From assembly GCA_016708565.1 (NCBI GenBank), contig JADJFN010000001.1, positions 476,863-540,862 of the forward strand: a DNA stretch of 64,000 nucleotides, given 5' to 3'. The notes under the pieces are model-generated. The model did not search any database and had not been told where the DNA came from. It worked only from the letters and a program-made list of their open reading frames with translations. The position numbers were made by a program, and so were the translations under genes. This DNA comes from Myxococcales bacterium. Its GTDB lineage: Bacteria > Myxococcota_A > Polyangia > Haliangiales > Haliangiaceae. This document shows positions 1-9,676 of the stretch, in pieces; the stretch's first letter is position 1, and each line of letters opens with the position of its first letter.

Positions 1-678
1 CGAGGTGACGCCGGCGACCAGCGGGCCGCGGGCGTCGAGCAGGTACATCGGCCCGCCGGAGTCGCCGGGGCAGGTGTCGACGCCGGCGCCGCCGGCGCCC
101 AGCTCGCCGGCGGGCCGCAGGGTCGGATCGCAGCCGCTCGAGCGCGTGCAGGCCGCGTCGGTGATCGTGGTGCGGGCGGCGCGCAGCGCGTCGACGAACT
201 CGCCGCCGCTGGCGTCGATCGCGCCGTAGCCGACCAGCGCGACGGGCGCGCCGTCGACGACGCCGGTCCGGGCCCAGCCGGTGGCCAGCCGCCGCGGCGG
301 CACGTCGGCGTCGCGATCGAGCAAGAGCAGCGCGACGTCGAACGCGCCGGGCCCAGGGACGACGGCCGCCACGCCGACGAACTCGCCGGCGCTCGGCCGG
401 GCCAGCGAGTTGGTGCCGAGCAGCACCTCGTCGGCCGCGATGTCGCGGCAGTGATCGGCGGTGAGCACGACCCGCGGGGCGATCAGCACGCCGGTGCAGT
501 ACTGCTGGCGGTTCGACAGCACCGCGGCGACCTCGCGCCACTGGCCGGCGGGCACGTCGCTGCCGCCGATGACGGCGGACGGCTCCGGCGTCGCGGCGGG
601 GGCCGGCGCGTCGTCACCGGGCGCCGCGGCGGCCACGCCGGCGCCGAGCAGCACGGCGAGGACCGGGAGCGACCGCAT
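1..678 (-). CDS. Trypsin-like (S1 family) secreted serine protease. Only the N-terminal part is in the window; the gene continues beyond position 1.
   Basis: Reverse-strand translation from the ATG near 676-678 gives MRSLPVLAVLLGAGVAAAAP (signal peptide), then IGGSDVPAGQWREVAAV, CTGVLIAPRVVLTADHC (catalytic His region) and, near the window start, CPGDSGGP (catalytic Ser motif). There is no stop within the window, so the ORF track does not list it. Confidence 0.75.
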   Translation of the reverse strand, partial: MRSLPVLAVLLGAGVAAAAPGDDAPAPAATPEPSAVIGGSDVPAGQWREVAAVLSNRQQYCTGVLIAPRVVLTADHCRDIAADEVLLGTNSLARPSAGEFVGVAAVVPGPGAFDVALLLLDRDADVPPRRLATGWARTGVVDGAPVALVGYGAIDASGGEFVDALRAARTTITDAACTRSSGCDPTLRPAGELGAGGAGVDTCPGDSGGPMYLLDARGPLVAGVTS

Positions 679-734
679 GGCTCCGACGATGGCACGCCGG
701 CCGCCCGAACGGGAGGCCGCTCGGTTCCCGCAAT

Positions 735-1664
735 TCAGTAGCGCTTGACGGTGGGGTCGATCTGCACCGACCAGGCGTCGATGCCGCCGGCGAGGTTGTA
801 GACGGTGCGGAAGCCCTGCTGCAGGAAGTGCTCGGCGGCGTTCTGGCTGCGCCCGCCGTGATGGCAGAAGAAGGCGAGCGGGGTCGACTTGTCGAGCTGC
901 TCGATCGCGGCGGCGGCGGTGTCGTCGAGCAGCGTCGAGCCGGCGATCGTGGCGGTCGCGCGCTCGCCCGGGGTGCGCACGTCGTAGAGGTGCTTGACCT
1001 GGCCGCTGTCGAGGAGCGCCTTGAGCTCCTTGGGCGGGATCGCCTTCACCGCGGCCGGGCGGTTGGGGTTGTCGATCTTGAAGCCGGCGCCGCCGGGCCC
1101 GTCGACGTAGTCGATCACCACGCCGGCGGCGCGGCGCGCGCTGGCCGCGTCGAGCTGCACGGTGATGCCGTTGGTCACGACCGTCAGCGAGGCGGCCTCG
1201 CGCGGGCCGACGTCGAGGCCGTGATCGAAGCGCGCGTCGATCGACAGGTGGATGACGTCGTCGGCGCCGGCGTCGGCCAGGGCGCCGCGCAGCACCTCGG
1301 CGGCGCGCGGGGTGACCGTCACCGCCGGCGGCGCGGCCGGCGCGGCCAGGTCGCCGAGCCGCGTGGCCAGCTCGCCCGAGGCGTGGAGCTGGCGGACGAT
1401 GTCGGAGCCGCCGACGAACTCTCCCTTGACGTACAGCTGGGGGATCGTCGGCCAGTCCGAGAACGCCTTGATGGCGTCGCGGATCGCCGCGTCGGCCAGC
1501 ACGTTGACGGTGGTGTAGTTCGGCAGCATGGTGTCGAGGATCTGGACCACGCTGGCGGAGAAGCCGCACTGGGGAAAGTTCCGGCTACCCTTCATGAACA
1601 GGACCACCGCGTCGGACGCGATGAGTGATTCGATCTTCTGGCGAAGCTCTGGTGCGAGGCTCAT
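735..1664 (-). CDS. Three-domain protein: monothiol glutaredoxin (Grx4-type, CGFS), then an IscA/HesB-like A-type-carrier fold without Cys ligands, then a rhodanese domain.
   Basis: N-terminal [20 protein letters not shown] carries the CGFS monothiol Grx active site. The middle segment ([35 protein letters not shown]) follows the IscA/HesB pattern but has no Cys. The C-terminus ([23 protein letters not shown]...LAGGIDAW) is a rhodanese active-site Cys loop. ATG at 1662-1664 verified. Confidence 0.85.
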   Translation of the reverse strand: MSLAPELRQKIESLIASDAVVLFMKGSRNFPQCGFSASVVQILDTMLPNYTTVNVLADAAIRDAIKAFSDWPTIPQLYVKGEFVGGSDIVRQLHASGELATRLGDLAAPAAPPAVTVTPRAAEVLRGALADAGADDVIHLSIDARFDHGLDVGPREAASLTVVTNGITVQLDAASARRAAGVVIDYVDGPGGAGFKIDNPNRPAAVKAIPPKELKALLDSGQVKHLYDVRTPGERATATIAGSTLLDDTAAAAIEQLDKSTPLAFFCHHGGRSQNAAEHFLQQGFRTVYNLAGGIDAWSVQIDPTVKRY

Positions 1665-1724
1665 GGAGACAACTCCGGCTCAATGCGTGGGGCGCAAGGT
1701 TTGCGCGAATTTCAGGTGCTGGTG

Positions 1725-2891
1725 ATGGCTAGCACGGACTTGGCGGTGCGGGGGGTGACTTCGGTCGAAGCCGTCGACCGCGCCGCCTGGGACGCCCTCG
1801 ACCATGGCCCATCGCCGTTCTTGCGCCACGGCTTCCTCACCGCGCTCGAGGCGTCGGGCTCGATCGGCAAGCGCTCGGGCTGGCGCCCGGTGTACCTGCT
1901 GGCCGAGGCCGGCGGCCAGCTCCAGGGCGCGGTCGCCGCGTTCGTCAAGCAGCACTCGTACGGCGAGTACATCTTCGACTGGGCGTGGGCCGGCGCCGCC
2001 GAGCGCGCCGGGCTCGACTACTACCCCAAGCTGGTGATCGCCGCGCCGATCACGCCGGCCACCGGCCGCCGGATCCTGCTCGCGCCGGGCGCCGATCGCG
2101 CGCGCACCGCCGCCGCGCTGATCGCCGCGGTGCGGGCGGTGGCCGACGACGCCGGCTGCTCGTCGATCCACTGGCTGTTCTGCACCGACGACGAGCAGGC
2201 GCTGCTGGCCGGGCACGGGTTCTTGCCGCGGGCCAGCTTCCAGTACCACTGGCACAACCGCGGCTACGCGAGCTTCGACGGCTTCCTCGGCGCCCTGGCC
2301 TCCCGCAAGCGCAAGCAGCTCCGCAAGGAGCGGGCGCGGGTGCACGCGGCGATCGATCGGCTGACCTGGGTGCCGGGCGGCGAGCTCACCAGCGCGCAGC
2401 TCGACCGGATGGATCGCTGGTACCGCGCCACCACCGAGGAGCACGGCGGCCACGACTACCTGCGGCCCGGGTTCTTCCACCGGGTCGCCGCCGAGCTGCC
2501 CGACCTGACCTGGATCGCCGAGGTCACCGTCGGCGACCGCCCGGCGGCGGGCGCGCTGTTCTTCGAGACGCCGCAGGGGTTGTACGGCCGTTACTGGGGC
2601 AGCGACGTCGAGCTCGACTGCCTGCACTTCGAGACCGCCTACTACGCCGGCATCGAGCGCTGCATCGCGCGCGGCCTGCCGCTGTTCGAGGCCGGCGCCC
2701 AGGGCGACCACAAGCTGGTGCGCGGCTTCGATCCCAGCCCGACCTACTCGGCGCACTGGCTGCGCCACGAAGGCCTCGCCGCGGCGATCGACGAGTTCCT
2801 CGGCCGCGAGCGGCGCGCGGTGGCGCGGCAGATGGCCGAGCTGGCCGCGTACGGGCCGTACCGGCAGGCCGAGGGCGACGAGCCCGCGTGA
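1725..2891 (+). CDS. GNAT-superfamily, FemAB-like acyltransferase (DUF482-type).
   Basis: 389-aa product ([10 protein letters not shown]...) resembles the BioF2/FemAB-like N-acyltransferase family ([46 protein letters not shown]). The track ORF starts at 1683; the in-frame ATG at 1725 is the more likely start. Confidence 0.6.
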   Translation: MASTDLAVRGVTSVEAVDRAAWDALDHGPSPFLRHGFLTALEASGSIGKRSGWRPVYLLAEAGGQLQGAVAAFVKQHSYGEYIFDWAWAGAAERAGLDYYPKLVIAAPITPATGRRILLAPGADRARTAAALIAAVRAVADDAGCSSIHWLFCTDDEQALLAGHGFLPRASFQYHWHNRGYASFDGFLGALASRKRKQLRKERARVHAAIDRLTWVPGGELTSAQLDRMDRWYRATTEEHGGHDYLRPGFFHRVAAELPDLTWIAEVTVGDRPAAGALFFETPQGLYGRYWGSDVELDCLHFETAYYAGIERCIARGLPLFEAGAQGDHKLVRGFDPSPTYSAHWLRHEGLAAAIDEFLGRERRAVARQMAELAAYGPYRQAEGDEPA

Positions 2892-2894
2892 GGG

Positions 2895-4223
2895 TCAGAC
2901 CTCGGCGGCGGCGCGCAGGCCCGAGGCGATCGCGCCGTCGATGTAGCCGCTCCAGGCGGTGGCGGTCTCGGTGCCGGCCCAGTGCAGGCGGCCGACCGGC
3001 GTGCGGATGACCCGGCCGACGGTGGTCCAGACGCCGGGCGGGCAGAACGCGCCGTAGCAGCCGCCCGCCCACGGATCGTGCTCCCAGACGTGATCGACGT
3101 AGGCGCGGGGCGTCGCGGCGCCGTCGCCGTAGGCGCGGACGAAGCACGCGACCGCGGCCGAGCGGCGGCCGGCGAGGTCGAGGGCGCCCAGCCGGCGCGC
3201 GGCGTCGGCCTCGGCGAAGCCCATCAGCACGCCGCAGCTGCCGTCGGGCGGCGAGTTGTCGAACGCGACGTGGATCGGCCCGCGATCCGACAGCGACAGG
3301 CCCGACAGCCCGGCGTCGCGCCAGAACGGGCGATCGTAGATCGCGGTGCACTTGATGACCGCGCCCATCGGCGTCTGCGCGATCAGCGCGGCGCGCTCGG
3401 GTGGCAGCCGCGGCGTGAAGTCGATCGCCGCGATCAGGTGCGGCGGGATCGCGATGATCGCGCGCTCGGCGGTGACCGCGCCGCGATCGTGGTGCACGGT
3501 CACCGCGGCGCCGTGCTCGATCCGCCGCGCCGCGCAGCCCAGCCGCACGTCGAGCCCGCTGGCCAGCCGCTCGGCCACGCCCTGCATGCCGCCGTCGACG
3601 CGGGTGGCCTGGGCGCCGTCGGTGGTGCCGAACAGCGTGTCGAGATCGCGGCCGCTGTGGATGTAGAACAGCGCGTGCAGGAGCGACATCTGCCCGAGCT
3701 CGGCGGCGAACACCGACTCGAGGCCGGCGGTGAGCAGGTCGCGGGCGACCGCGGTGCGCAGGTTGCGCGCCAGCCACGCGCCCAGCGTGGTCGCGTCCCA
3801 GCGCGCGGCGTGGCGCGCGGTCCACGGCGCGTCGAGCGGCACCTGCCGCGCCATCCGCTCGAGCCGCCACTGCGCCTGGCCGACGTCGAGCAGGCTGGCG
3901 ACGCCGAGCCGCGGGATGGTGCCGCGGTAGCGCCGGGCCTTGCCGTCGACCAGCACCAGGTTGTCGCCGGTGGTCCAGGTGGGGAACGTGCGCGCGCCTT
4001 GCTCGGCCAGGAGCCCCAGCAGGTGATCCTGGGTCGGGCCGGCCCACTGCCCGCCGAGGTCGACCCACGGCCCGCCCGGCGCCGGCGCGGTGTAGACCCG
4101 GCCGCCGACGCGATCGCGGGCCTCGAGCACGATCGCCGCCCGGCCGGCCTTGCGCAGCGCGCGCGCCGCGGATAGCCCGGCGAACCCGGCGCCGATGATC
4201 ACCACGTCGGTCCGCTCGCTCAT
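2895..4223 (-). CDS. Flavin-containing amine oxidase (MAO-like, FAD-dependent oxidoreductase).
   Basis: The C-terminal 442 aa of the 864-aa track ORF begin MSERTDVVIIGAGFAGLSAARAL, a Rossmann FAD-binding GxGxxG, followed by the amine-oxidase body. The upstream 422 codons of the track ORF are Arg/Gly-rich antisense nonsense overlapping the C69 gene. Confidence 0.8.
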   Translation of the reverse strand: MSERTDVVIIGAGFAGLSAARALRKAGRAAIVLEARDRVGGRVYTAPAPGGPWVDLGGQWAGPTQDHLLGLLAEQGARTFPTWTTGDNLVLVDGKARRYRGTIPRLGVASLLDVGQAQWRLERMARQVPLDAPWTARHAARWDATTLGAWLARNLRTAVARDLLTAGLESVFAAELGQMSLLHALFYIHSGRDLDTLFGTTDGAQATRVDGGMQGVAERLASGLDVRLGCAARRIEHGAAVTVHHDRGAVTAERAIIAIPPHLIAAIDFTPRLPPERAALIAQTPMGAVIKCTAIYDRPFWRDAGLSGLSLSDRGPIHVAFDNSPPDGSCGVLMGFAEADAARRLGALDLAGRRSAAVACFVRAYGDGAATPRAYVDHVWEHDPWAGGCYGAFCPPGVWTTVGRVIRTPVGRLHWAGTETATAWSGYIDGAIASGLRAAAEV

Positions 4224-4274
4224 GCGTCGAAGTGCATCACGCGGCCGCGGCGTCCGCCAGGTATCCTCCGGTCG

Positions 4275-5459
4275 ATGTGCGACACGCTGGTGACGATCGC
4301 GCCCGGGCGCGTGCGGTTCGCCAAGAACTCCGACCGCGATCCCAACGAGGCGCAGGCGCCGACGTGGCGGCCGGCGCGCGACCACGTCGCCGGCGCGCCG
4401 CTGCGCTGCACCCACGTCACGATCCCGCAGGTCGCGCACACCCACGCGGTCTTGCTGTCGCGGCCGTTCTGGCTGTGGGGCGCCGAGATGGGCGCCAACG
4501 CGCACGGCGTGGTGATCGGCAACGAGGCGGTGTTCACCGATCAGCCGTTCACCGCCGCCGGCCTCACCGGCATGGACCTGGTGCGGCTCGGGCTCGAGCG
4601 CGGCGCCACCGCGGCCGAGGCCGTGGCGGTGATCGAGGACCTGGTCGCGCGCCACGGCCAGGGCGGCGGCTGCGGCCACGAGCACCCCGGGTTCCGCTAC
4701 CACGCGAGCTTCCTGGTCGCCGACGCCCGCGGCGCGTTCGTCGTCGAGACCGCCGGTCGCGCGGTCGCGGTGCAGGCGGTGGTGGACGCCGCGACGATCT
4801 CCAACGCGCTGACCCTGCCGGCGCTGCGCGGCCACCGCGATCGGCTGCGCTCGTGGGTGGCGGCCGCCGATCATCGGCAGGCGTGCACGCTGGCCGCGGC
4901 CCGGGCCGCCCGCGGCGTCGGCGATCTGTTCGCGGCGCTGCGCGACCACGGCGACGGCGACGACGGCGCGCGCCCGCGCTACCGCTGGCACCACGGCGCG
5001 ATGGCGGCGCCGTGCATGCACGCCGGCGGGCTGATCGCCGCGTCGCAGACCACCGCGTCGTGGGTCGCCGAGTTGACGCCGGCCGGCGCGCGTCACTGGA
5101 TCACCGCGACCGCGGCGCCGTGCTTGTCGATCTTCAAGCCGGTCGCCGTCGACGATCCGCTCGCGCTGGGCCCGCCGCCGCGCGATCGCGCCGACGCCGG
5201 CCTGTGGTGGCAGCACGAGCGCCTGCACCGCCGGGTGATCGGCGACGCCGCGTGGTGCCGGACGATCGCCGCCGAGCGCGACGAGGTCGAGCGCCGGTGG
5301 CTGAGCGCGCCGCCGGCGCCGACCGCGGCCTTCGCCGAGCACCGCGCGCTGGTGGAGCGCTGGCTGGCGGCCAGCGCGGCCGCGCCGGTCGCCGACGATC
5401 GGCCGTGGTACGTGCGCCGCTACTGGGCGGAGCGCGACCGCCGCGCCGGCCTGGCGTGA
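4275..5459 (+). CDS. C69-family / secernin-like Ntn-hydrolase (dipeptidase-like).
   Basis: N-terminal Met-Cys (MCDTLVTIAPG...) is typical of self-processing Ntn hydrolases of the C69/secernin type (nucleophile Cys2). Also AHGVVIGNEAVFTD. Confidence 0.65.
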   Translation: MCDTLVTIAPGRVRFAKNSDRDPNEAQAPTWRPARDHVAGAPLRCTHVTIPQVAHTHAVLLSRPFWLWGAEMGANAHGVVIGNEAVFTDQPFTAAGLTGMDLVRLGLERGATAAEAVAVIEDLVARHGQGGGCGHEHPGFRYHASFLVADARGAFVVETAGRAVAVQAVVDAATISNALTLPALRGHRDRLRSWVAAADHRQACTLAAARAARGVGDLFAALRDHGDGDDGARPRYRWHHGAMAAPCMHAGGLIAASQTTASWVAELTPAGARHWITATAAPCLSIFKPVAVDDPLALGPPPRDRADAGLWWQHERLHRRVIGDAAWCRTIAAERDEVERRWLSAPPAPTAAFAEHRALVERWLAASAAAPVADDRPWYVRRYWAERDRRAGLA

Positions 5460-5469
5460 GCCGGTTCCG

Positions 5470-5545
5470 TTTGGAGGGTTTGTCGCCAAACCCTCCCCCG
5501 CGGGGTCACGCCCCCGCGGGGCCCCCGCCCAAGACGCGAGACTCC
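5470..5545. repeat. Palindromic double-hairpin repeat element, copy A (REP/MITE-like).
   Basis: GGAGGGTTTgtcgccAAACCCTCC hairpin, then CCCCGCGGGG-tcacg-CCCCCGCGGGG, then CCCAAGACGCGAGA. Sits between the convergent C69 gene (stop 5459) and the GFA gene (stop 5595). Related copies at 46336-46413 and 61179-61412. Confidence 0.7.
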
Positions 5546-5594
5546 CGGGCGACGTTCCGGAGGTGCGGCGTCACGGCGCGATGAGCCGCCCCGA

Positions 5595-6020
5595 TCACGG
5601 CGCGATCGGCCACGGCGTCGGCCGCAGCCCGGCCTGCCAGTTGTCGTGGCGGCCGTCCCAGTAGCCGACCTCGACCGCGGCGAGCTCGACGTCGTCGAGG
5701 CAGTTGAGGTTGATCGAGACGAAGTCGCCGCCGAGCTGGGCCAGGTGGCCGCGGCCGTAGACGCCGACGTGGCACCGCGGGCAGAAGTAGCGCCCGGCGA
5801 TCTCCGGGTGGCGCGCGTAGGTGTGGAGCGTGCCTTCGTCGGTCAAGAGCGTGAAGGCGTCGGGGCGGACGATCGCGCCGGTCCACCCCAGCTTCGTGCA
5901 GATGGTGCAGTTGCAGCGGGTGCCGCGCGTCGCGTCGACGCGGACGGTGAAGCGCAGGTGCCCGCAGTGGCAGCTGCCGCGGTGGACGGAGAGGACCGGG
6001 TCGGGGCTGGAGGTCGTCAT
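5595..6020 (-). CDS. GFA (glutathione-dependent formaldehyde-activating / CENP-V-like) zinc-finger domain protein.
   Basis: CHCGHLRF ... CNCTICTK ... CPRCH cysteine pattern of the GFA family. The start is probably the internal MTTSSPD rather than the track start at 6071. Confidence 0.65.
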   Translation of the reverse strand: MTTSSPDPVLSVHRGSCHCGHLRFTVRVDATRGTRCNCTICTKLGWTGAIVRPDAFTLLTDEGTLHTYARHPEIAGRYFCPRCHVGVYGRGHLAQLGGDFVSINLNCLDDVELAAVEVGYWDGRHDNWQAGLRPTPWPIAP

Positions 6021-6267
6021 GGGATCGACGGTGCCGGGGCCGCGTGACAGCCTTCTGTCAGGTATCGCCACGGCCAGGTCGGTCCACCTGTCGGACCGCA
6101 GAATTCGCGCGTCGCCCCGGCGCCGCGAAGTCGGTGCGCGTTCGCGGCGCGCGAGCGCCGGTCATCGGTCATGGACGCGTCACGAGCCGCGATCGCCGAC
6201 CGACTTCTGATCGAACTCTGGCCCGGCGGCGCGGGCAGCCGACGCGCCGCGGCGGCACGCTGGCGGC

Positions 6268-7146
6268 ATGACACCCACCGACCCTCGCGATCGCCTGCGC
6301 TGGATCGACAACCTGCCGTTCTGGGGCGTCCACCTGGCCGCGATCGCCGGCCTGGCCTGGCTGGGCTGGTCGTGGACCGGCTTCTGGATCGCGCTCATCG
6401 CCTACGTCGTGCGGCTGTTCGCGATCACCGCCGGCTACCACCGCTACTTCTCGCACCGCGCGTACAAGACCAGCCGCGCGTTCCAGCTCGTGCTGGCGGT
6501 GCTGGGCCTGACCTCGACCCAGAAGGGCCCGCTGTGGTGGGCCGCGCACCACCGCATCCACCACAAGTACTCCGACCAGCCCGGCGACCTGCACTCGGTG
6601 CGGCAGCGCGGCTTCTGGTGGGCGCACATGTTCTGGATCCTGGTTGAGCGCAACGCCAAGGCCGATCACGACAAGATCAAGGACCTGACCAAGTACCCCG
6701 AGCTGCGCTTCGTCGACCGCCACGCGATCTGGTTCACGGTCGCGTACGCCGCCGCGCTGTACCTGCTCGGCGGCTGGACCGCGCTGATCTGGGGCTACTT
6801 CGTGTCGACGGTCGTGCTGTGGCACGGCACGTTCACGATCAACTCGCTGTCCCACGTCTGGGGCTGGCGCCGCTACCGCACCACCGACGACAGCGTCAAC
6901 AACCCGCTGCTGGCCATCCTCACGCTGGGCGAGGGCTGGCACAACAACCACCACTACTACCAGCGGTCGGCGCGCCAGGGCTTCTACTGGTGGGAGGTCG
7001 ACCTCAGCTTCTACGTGCTCAAGCTGCTCGAGGTGTTCCACATCGTCTGGGACGTGCAGGGCGTGCCGCGCCACGTCCGCGATCACCGGCCGCCGGCGCC
7101 GGTCGACGCCGACGGAGCCGAGGCGATCGCGTCGTCCGGGCGGTGA
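6268..7146 (+). CDS. Acyl-CoA (stearoyl-CoA Delta9-type) fatty acid desaturase.
   Basis: Three His boxes (HRYFSH, HHRIHHKYSD, HNNHH) within a hydrophobic membrane protein. Confidence 0.9.
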   Translation: MTPTDPRDRLRWIDNLPFWGVHLAAIAGLAWLGWSWTGFWIALIAYVVRLFAITAGYHRYFSHRAYKTSRAFQLVLAVLGLTSTQKGPLWWAAHHRIHHKYSDQPGDLHSVRQRGFWWAHMFWILVERNAKADHDKIKDLTKYPELRFVDRHAIWFTVAYAAALYLLGGWTALIWGYFVSTVVLWHGTFTINSLSHVWGWRRYRTTDDSVNNPLLAILTLGEGWHNNHHYYQRSARQGFYWWEVDLSFYVLKLLEVFHIVWDVQGVPRHVRDHRPPAPVDADGAEAIASSGR

Positions 7147-7206
7147 CAGCCGAGGTACCGACGTTCGGGCTTGGGGCGGCGGCGGCGTGACGTACCATCG
7201 GCGGCG

Positions 7207-8586
7207 ATGCGGCGCGTCCTCCTCGGCTCGGCGATCTTCCTGACGGCCTGCGGCGGCGACGACGGGGCCACGCCGCCGCCGCTGTGCACCGGCGCCTGGC
7301 ACGTGTGCGGCGGCCACCTGCGCGACGCCACCGGCCGGGCCGCGATCCTGCGCGGCATGAACGTCGGCAAGAAGGAGGCGCCGTACCTCGACTTCCACGC
7401 CGCCGCCGACTTCGCGCGGATGCGCGACGACTGGGGCATGAACGCGGTCCGCTTCTACTTCCCGTGGGCTGCGGTCGAGCCCAGCCCCGGGCAGTACGAC
7501 GACGCGTTCCTGGATCAGGTGCGGCAGCGGCTCGACTGGGCGGCCGCGGCCGAGGTCGACGTCGTGCTCGACCTGCACCAGGACGTCTACGGCGAGGGCT
7601 TCGGCTTCGACGGCGCGCCGCGCTGGACCTGCGACCAGGCGCGCTACGACGCGTTCGTGCCGGCGGCGCAGTGGCCGCTCAACTACCTCGAGCCCAACGT
7701 CAAGGCGTGCTTCGACGGGCTGTGGAACGACCCGGCGCTGGGCGAGGCCCACGCCGCGGCGTGGCGCCACATCGCGGGCCGGCTCGGCGATCACCCCGCG
7801 GTGATCGGCTTCGACGCGATCAACGAGCCGCACTGGGGCAGCCACGACCTGTTCACCTTCGAGCGCGAGCGGCTGCAGCCGTTCTACGATCGCGACGTCG
7901 CGGCGGTGCGCGCCGTCGCGCCGCGCTGGGTGGCGTTCCTCGAGCCGGCCGGCTCGCGCAACATCGGCATCCCGACCTCGCTGCAGCCGTTCGCCTACCC
8001 CGACGTGGTCTACGCGCCGCACGCCTACGACTCGGCGGCCGAGCAGCAGCAGGGCTTCGACGAGGCGCGCCGGGCGGCGTTCCTCGAGAACGTGGCGCTG
8101 CAGCGGACCGAGGCCGAGGCGCTGGGCACCGCGCTGTGGATCGGCGAGTACGGTGGCCTGGGCACCGATCCCGGCATCGTGCCGTACATGGACGCCGCCT
8201 ACGACGCGGCCAGCGCGGTCGCCGCCTCGAGCATGTACTGGGCCTACAGCAGGGGCGGCGGCTACTCACCGCTCGACGCCAGCGGCGCCGAGATCGCGCC
8301 GCTGGTGGGCGCGATCGTGCGGCCGTACCCGGCGCGGATCGCCGGCGACCCGATCGGGTGGACCCACGACGAGGCCGCGCGCACGCTGACCGTGCGCTAC
8401 CGCCCCGACGCGCGGATCGCGACGCCGACCGAGCTCGTCGTGCCGCCGCGGGTGTCGACCGCGCCGGCGGTGACCTGCGATGGCTGCGCGAGCGAGCGGC
8501 GCGGCGACACGCTGCTGATCACCGCGCCGCCGGCGGTCGACGCCGCGGGCGTGGCGACGGTGGTGGTGACGCTGCCCGCGCCGTGA
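7207..8586 (+). CDS. Glycoside hydrolase family 5 (cellulase/mannanase-type) lipoprotein.
   Basis: Signal peptide and lipobox MRRVLLGSAIFLTAC. GH5 acid/base FDAINEPHWG (NEP) and nucleophile WIGEYGG. Confidence 0.8.
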   Translation: MRRVLLGSAIFLTACGGDDGATPPPLCTGAWHVCGGHLRDATGRAAILRGMNVGKKEAPYLDFHAAADFARMRDDWGMNAVRFYFPWAAVEPSPGQYDDAFLDQVRQRLDWAAAAEVDVVLDLHQDVYGEGFGFDGAPRWTCDQARYDAFVPAAQWPLNYLEPNVKACFDGLWNDPALGEAHAAAWRHIAGRLGDHPAVIGFDAINEPHWGSHDLFTFERERLQPFYDRDVAAVRAVAPRWVAFLEPAGSRNIGIPTSLQPFAYPDVVYAPHAYDSAAEQQQGFDEARRAAFLENVALQRTEAEALGTALWIGEYGGLGTDPGIVPYMDAAYDAASAVAASSMYWAYSRGGGYSPLDASGAEIAPLVGAIVRPYPARIAGDPIGWTHDEAARTLTVRYRPDARIATPTELVVPPRVSTAPAVTCDGCASERRGDTLLITAPPAVDAAGVATVVVTLPAP

Positions 8587-8587
8587 C

Positions 8588-9448
8588 TTAGCGCTTCGCG
8601 GCGCGCTTGCCGGCGCGCGCCGGGTAGCCGGCCAGCACCAGCACCTCGTCGACGTCGCCGCGCCGCGACGGGTCCGAGTTGATCGCGCGCGGGCACTTCA
8701 CGCGATCGATGCGCAGGCCCTTGTACATGGCGCGGATGCGCGGCGTGTCGGCGTTGGACAGCACCACCGCGCAGCCGCGGTCGGCCAGCCCGCGCACGGT
8801 GTCGGCCAGCGCCTGCTGATCGGCGGGGCCGAAGCCGTCGCCGGTGTACGCGGTGAAGTTGGCCGTCGTCGTGACCGGATCGTAGGGCGGGTCGAAGTAG
8901 ACCAGGTCGCCGGGGCCGGCGTCGGCGACCGCGGCCTGGTAGTCGCCGCACAAGAGCGTCGCGCGGCGCAGCACGGCCGAGGCGCGGTGGACCGTGTCGG
9001 CGTCGCAGATCGACGGGTTCTTGTAGCGGCCCATCGGCACGTTGAAGCCGCCGCCCTTGTTGACCCGCCAGAGGCCGTTGAAGCAGGTGCGGTTCAGGTA
9101 GATGAACGTGGCGGCGCGGTCGAGCGTCGTCCACGACACCGAGCGATCGTTCCAGCGCGCGCGGGTCTGGTAGTAGTGGTCCTCGGCGTGGGCCTGCTGG
9201 TGCAGCGCGAGGCGGCGCAGCACGCCGTCGGGATCGGTGGCGACGGCGCGGTACATGCCGATCAGATCGGGGTTGCGATCGGAGAGGACCGCGGCCTCGG
9301 GGCCGAGGTGGAAGAACACCGCGGCGCCGCCGGCGAACGGCTCGAAGTAGCGGCCGTAGGTGCGCGGCAGCCGGGTCAGGATCTCGGGCAAGAGCTTGGT
9401 CTTGCCGCCGACCCACTTGACGATCGGCCACGCGGCCGACGGCGGCAT
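8588..9448 (-). CDS. Dam-type (D12 class) N6-adenine DNA methyltransferase, with no adjacent endonuclease (apparently solitary).
   Basis: WPIVKWVGGKTKLLPEI (motif X/I) and FDPPY (motif IV). The track ORF extends to 9538; I prefer the ATG giving MPPSAAWPIVKW, about 10 aa before the KWxGGK motif as in E. coli Dam. Confidence 0.8.
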   Translation of the reverse strand: MPPSAAWPIVKWVGGKTKLLPEILTRLPRTYGRYFEPFAGGAAVFFHLGPEAAVLSDRNPDLIGMYRAVATDPDGVLRRLALHQQAHAEDHYYQTRARWNDRSVSWTTLDRAATFIYLNRTCFNGLWRVNKGGGFNVPMGRYKNPSICDADTVHRASAVLRRATLLCGDYQAAVADAGPGDLVYFDPPYDPVTTTANFTAYTGDGFGPADQQALADTVRGLADRGCAVVLSNADTPRIRAMYKGLRIDRVKCPRAINSDPSRRGDVDEVLVLAGYPARAGKRAAKR

Positions 9449-9676
9449 GGCCGGGGCGTCGGCGCGGTGGGCGCGCGCCAGGCGAGGCGCGACGGGCGAG
9501 GAGCGGACGAGGCGCGCGCGGCGCTTGGACGTGGCCATCGAGCGCTCAATGTCGAGCGAGCCGCGGCCGTGGGCAAAAAAGCGGAGTATTTTCGTTTAGT
9601 TATGAAACTGGGCCGGGAAGTGCTTCGATAAGCGCCGATCCCGCCGCTGGGCAAGCGGGGGCGGACCGGTCAACGT

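Noticed and set aside
5-229. 74-aa plus-strand ORF at the window start.
   Set aside because: Antisense to the S1 protease gene, whose GDSGGP and TADHC motifs read clearly on the minus strand.
2982-4175. 397-aa plus-strand ORF opposite the amine oxidase.
   Set aside because: Antisense to a gene with a clear FAD-binding GxGxxG and oxidase body. No motifs, Arg-rich.
4224-5489. N-terminal 422 codons of the 864-aa minus-strand ORF upstream of the amine oxidase start.
   Set aside because: Arg/Gly-rich, and antisense to the C69 peptidase gene. The oxidase has a canonical N-terminal FAD motif right after the internal ATG.
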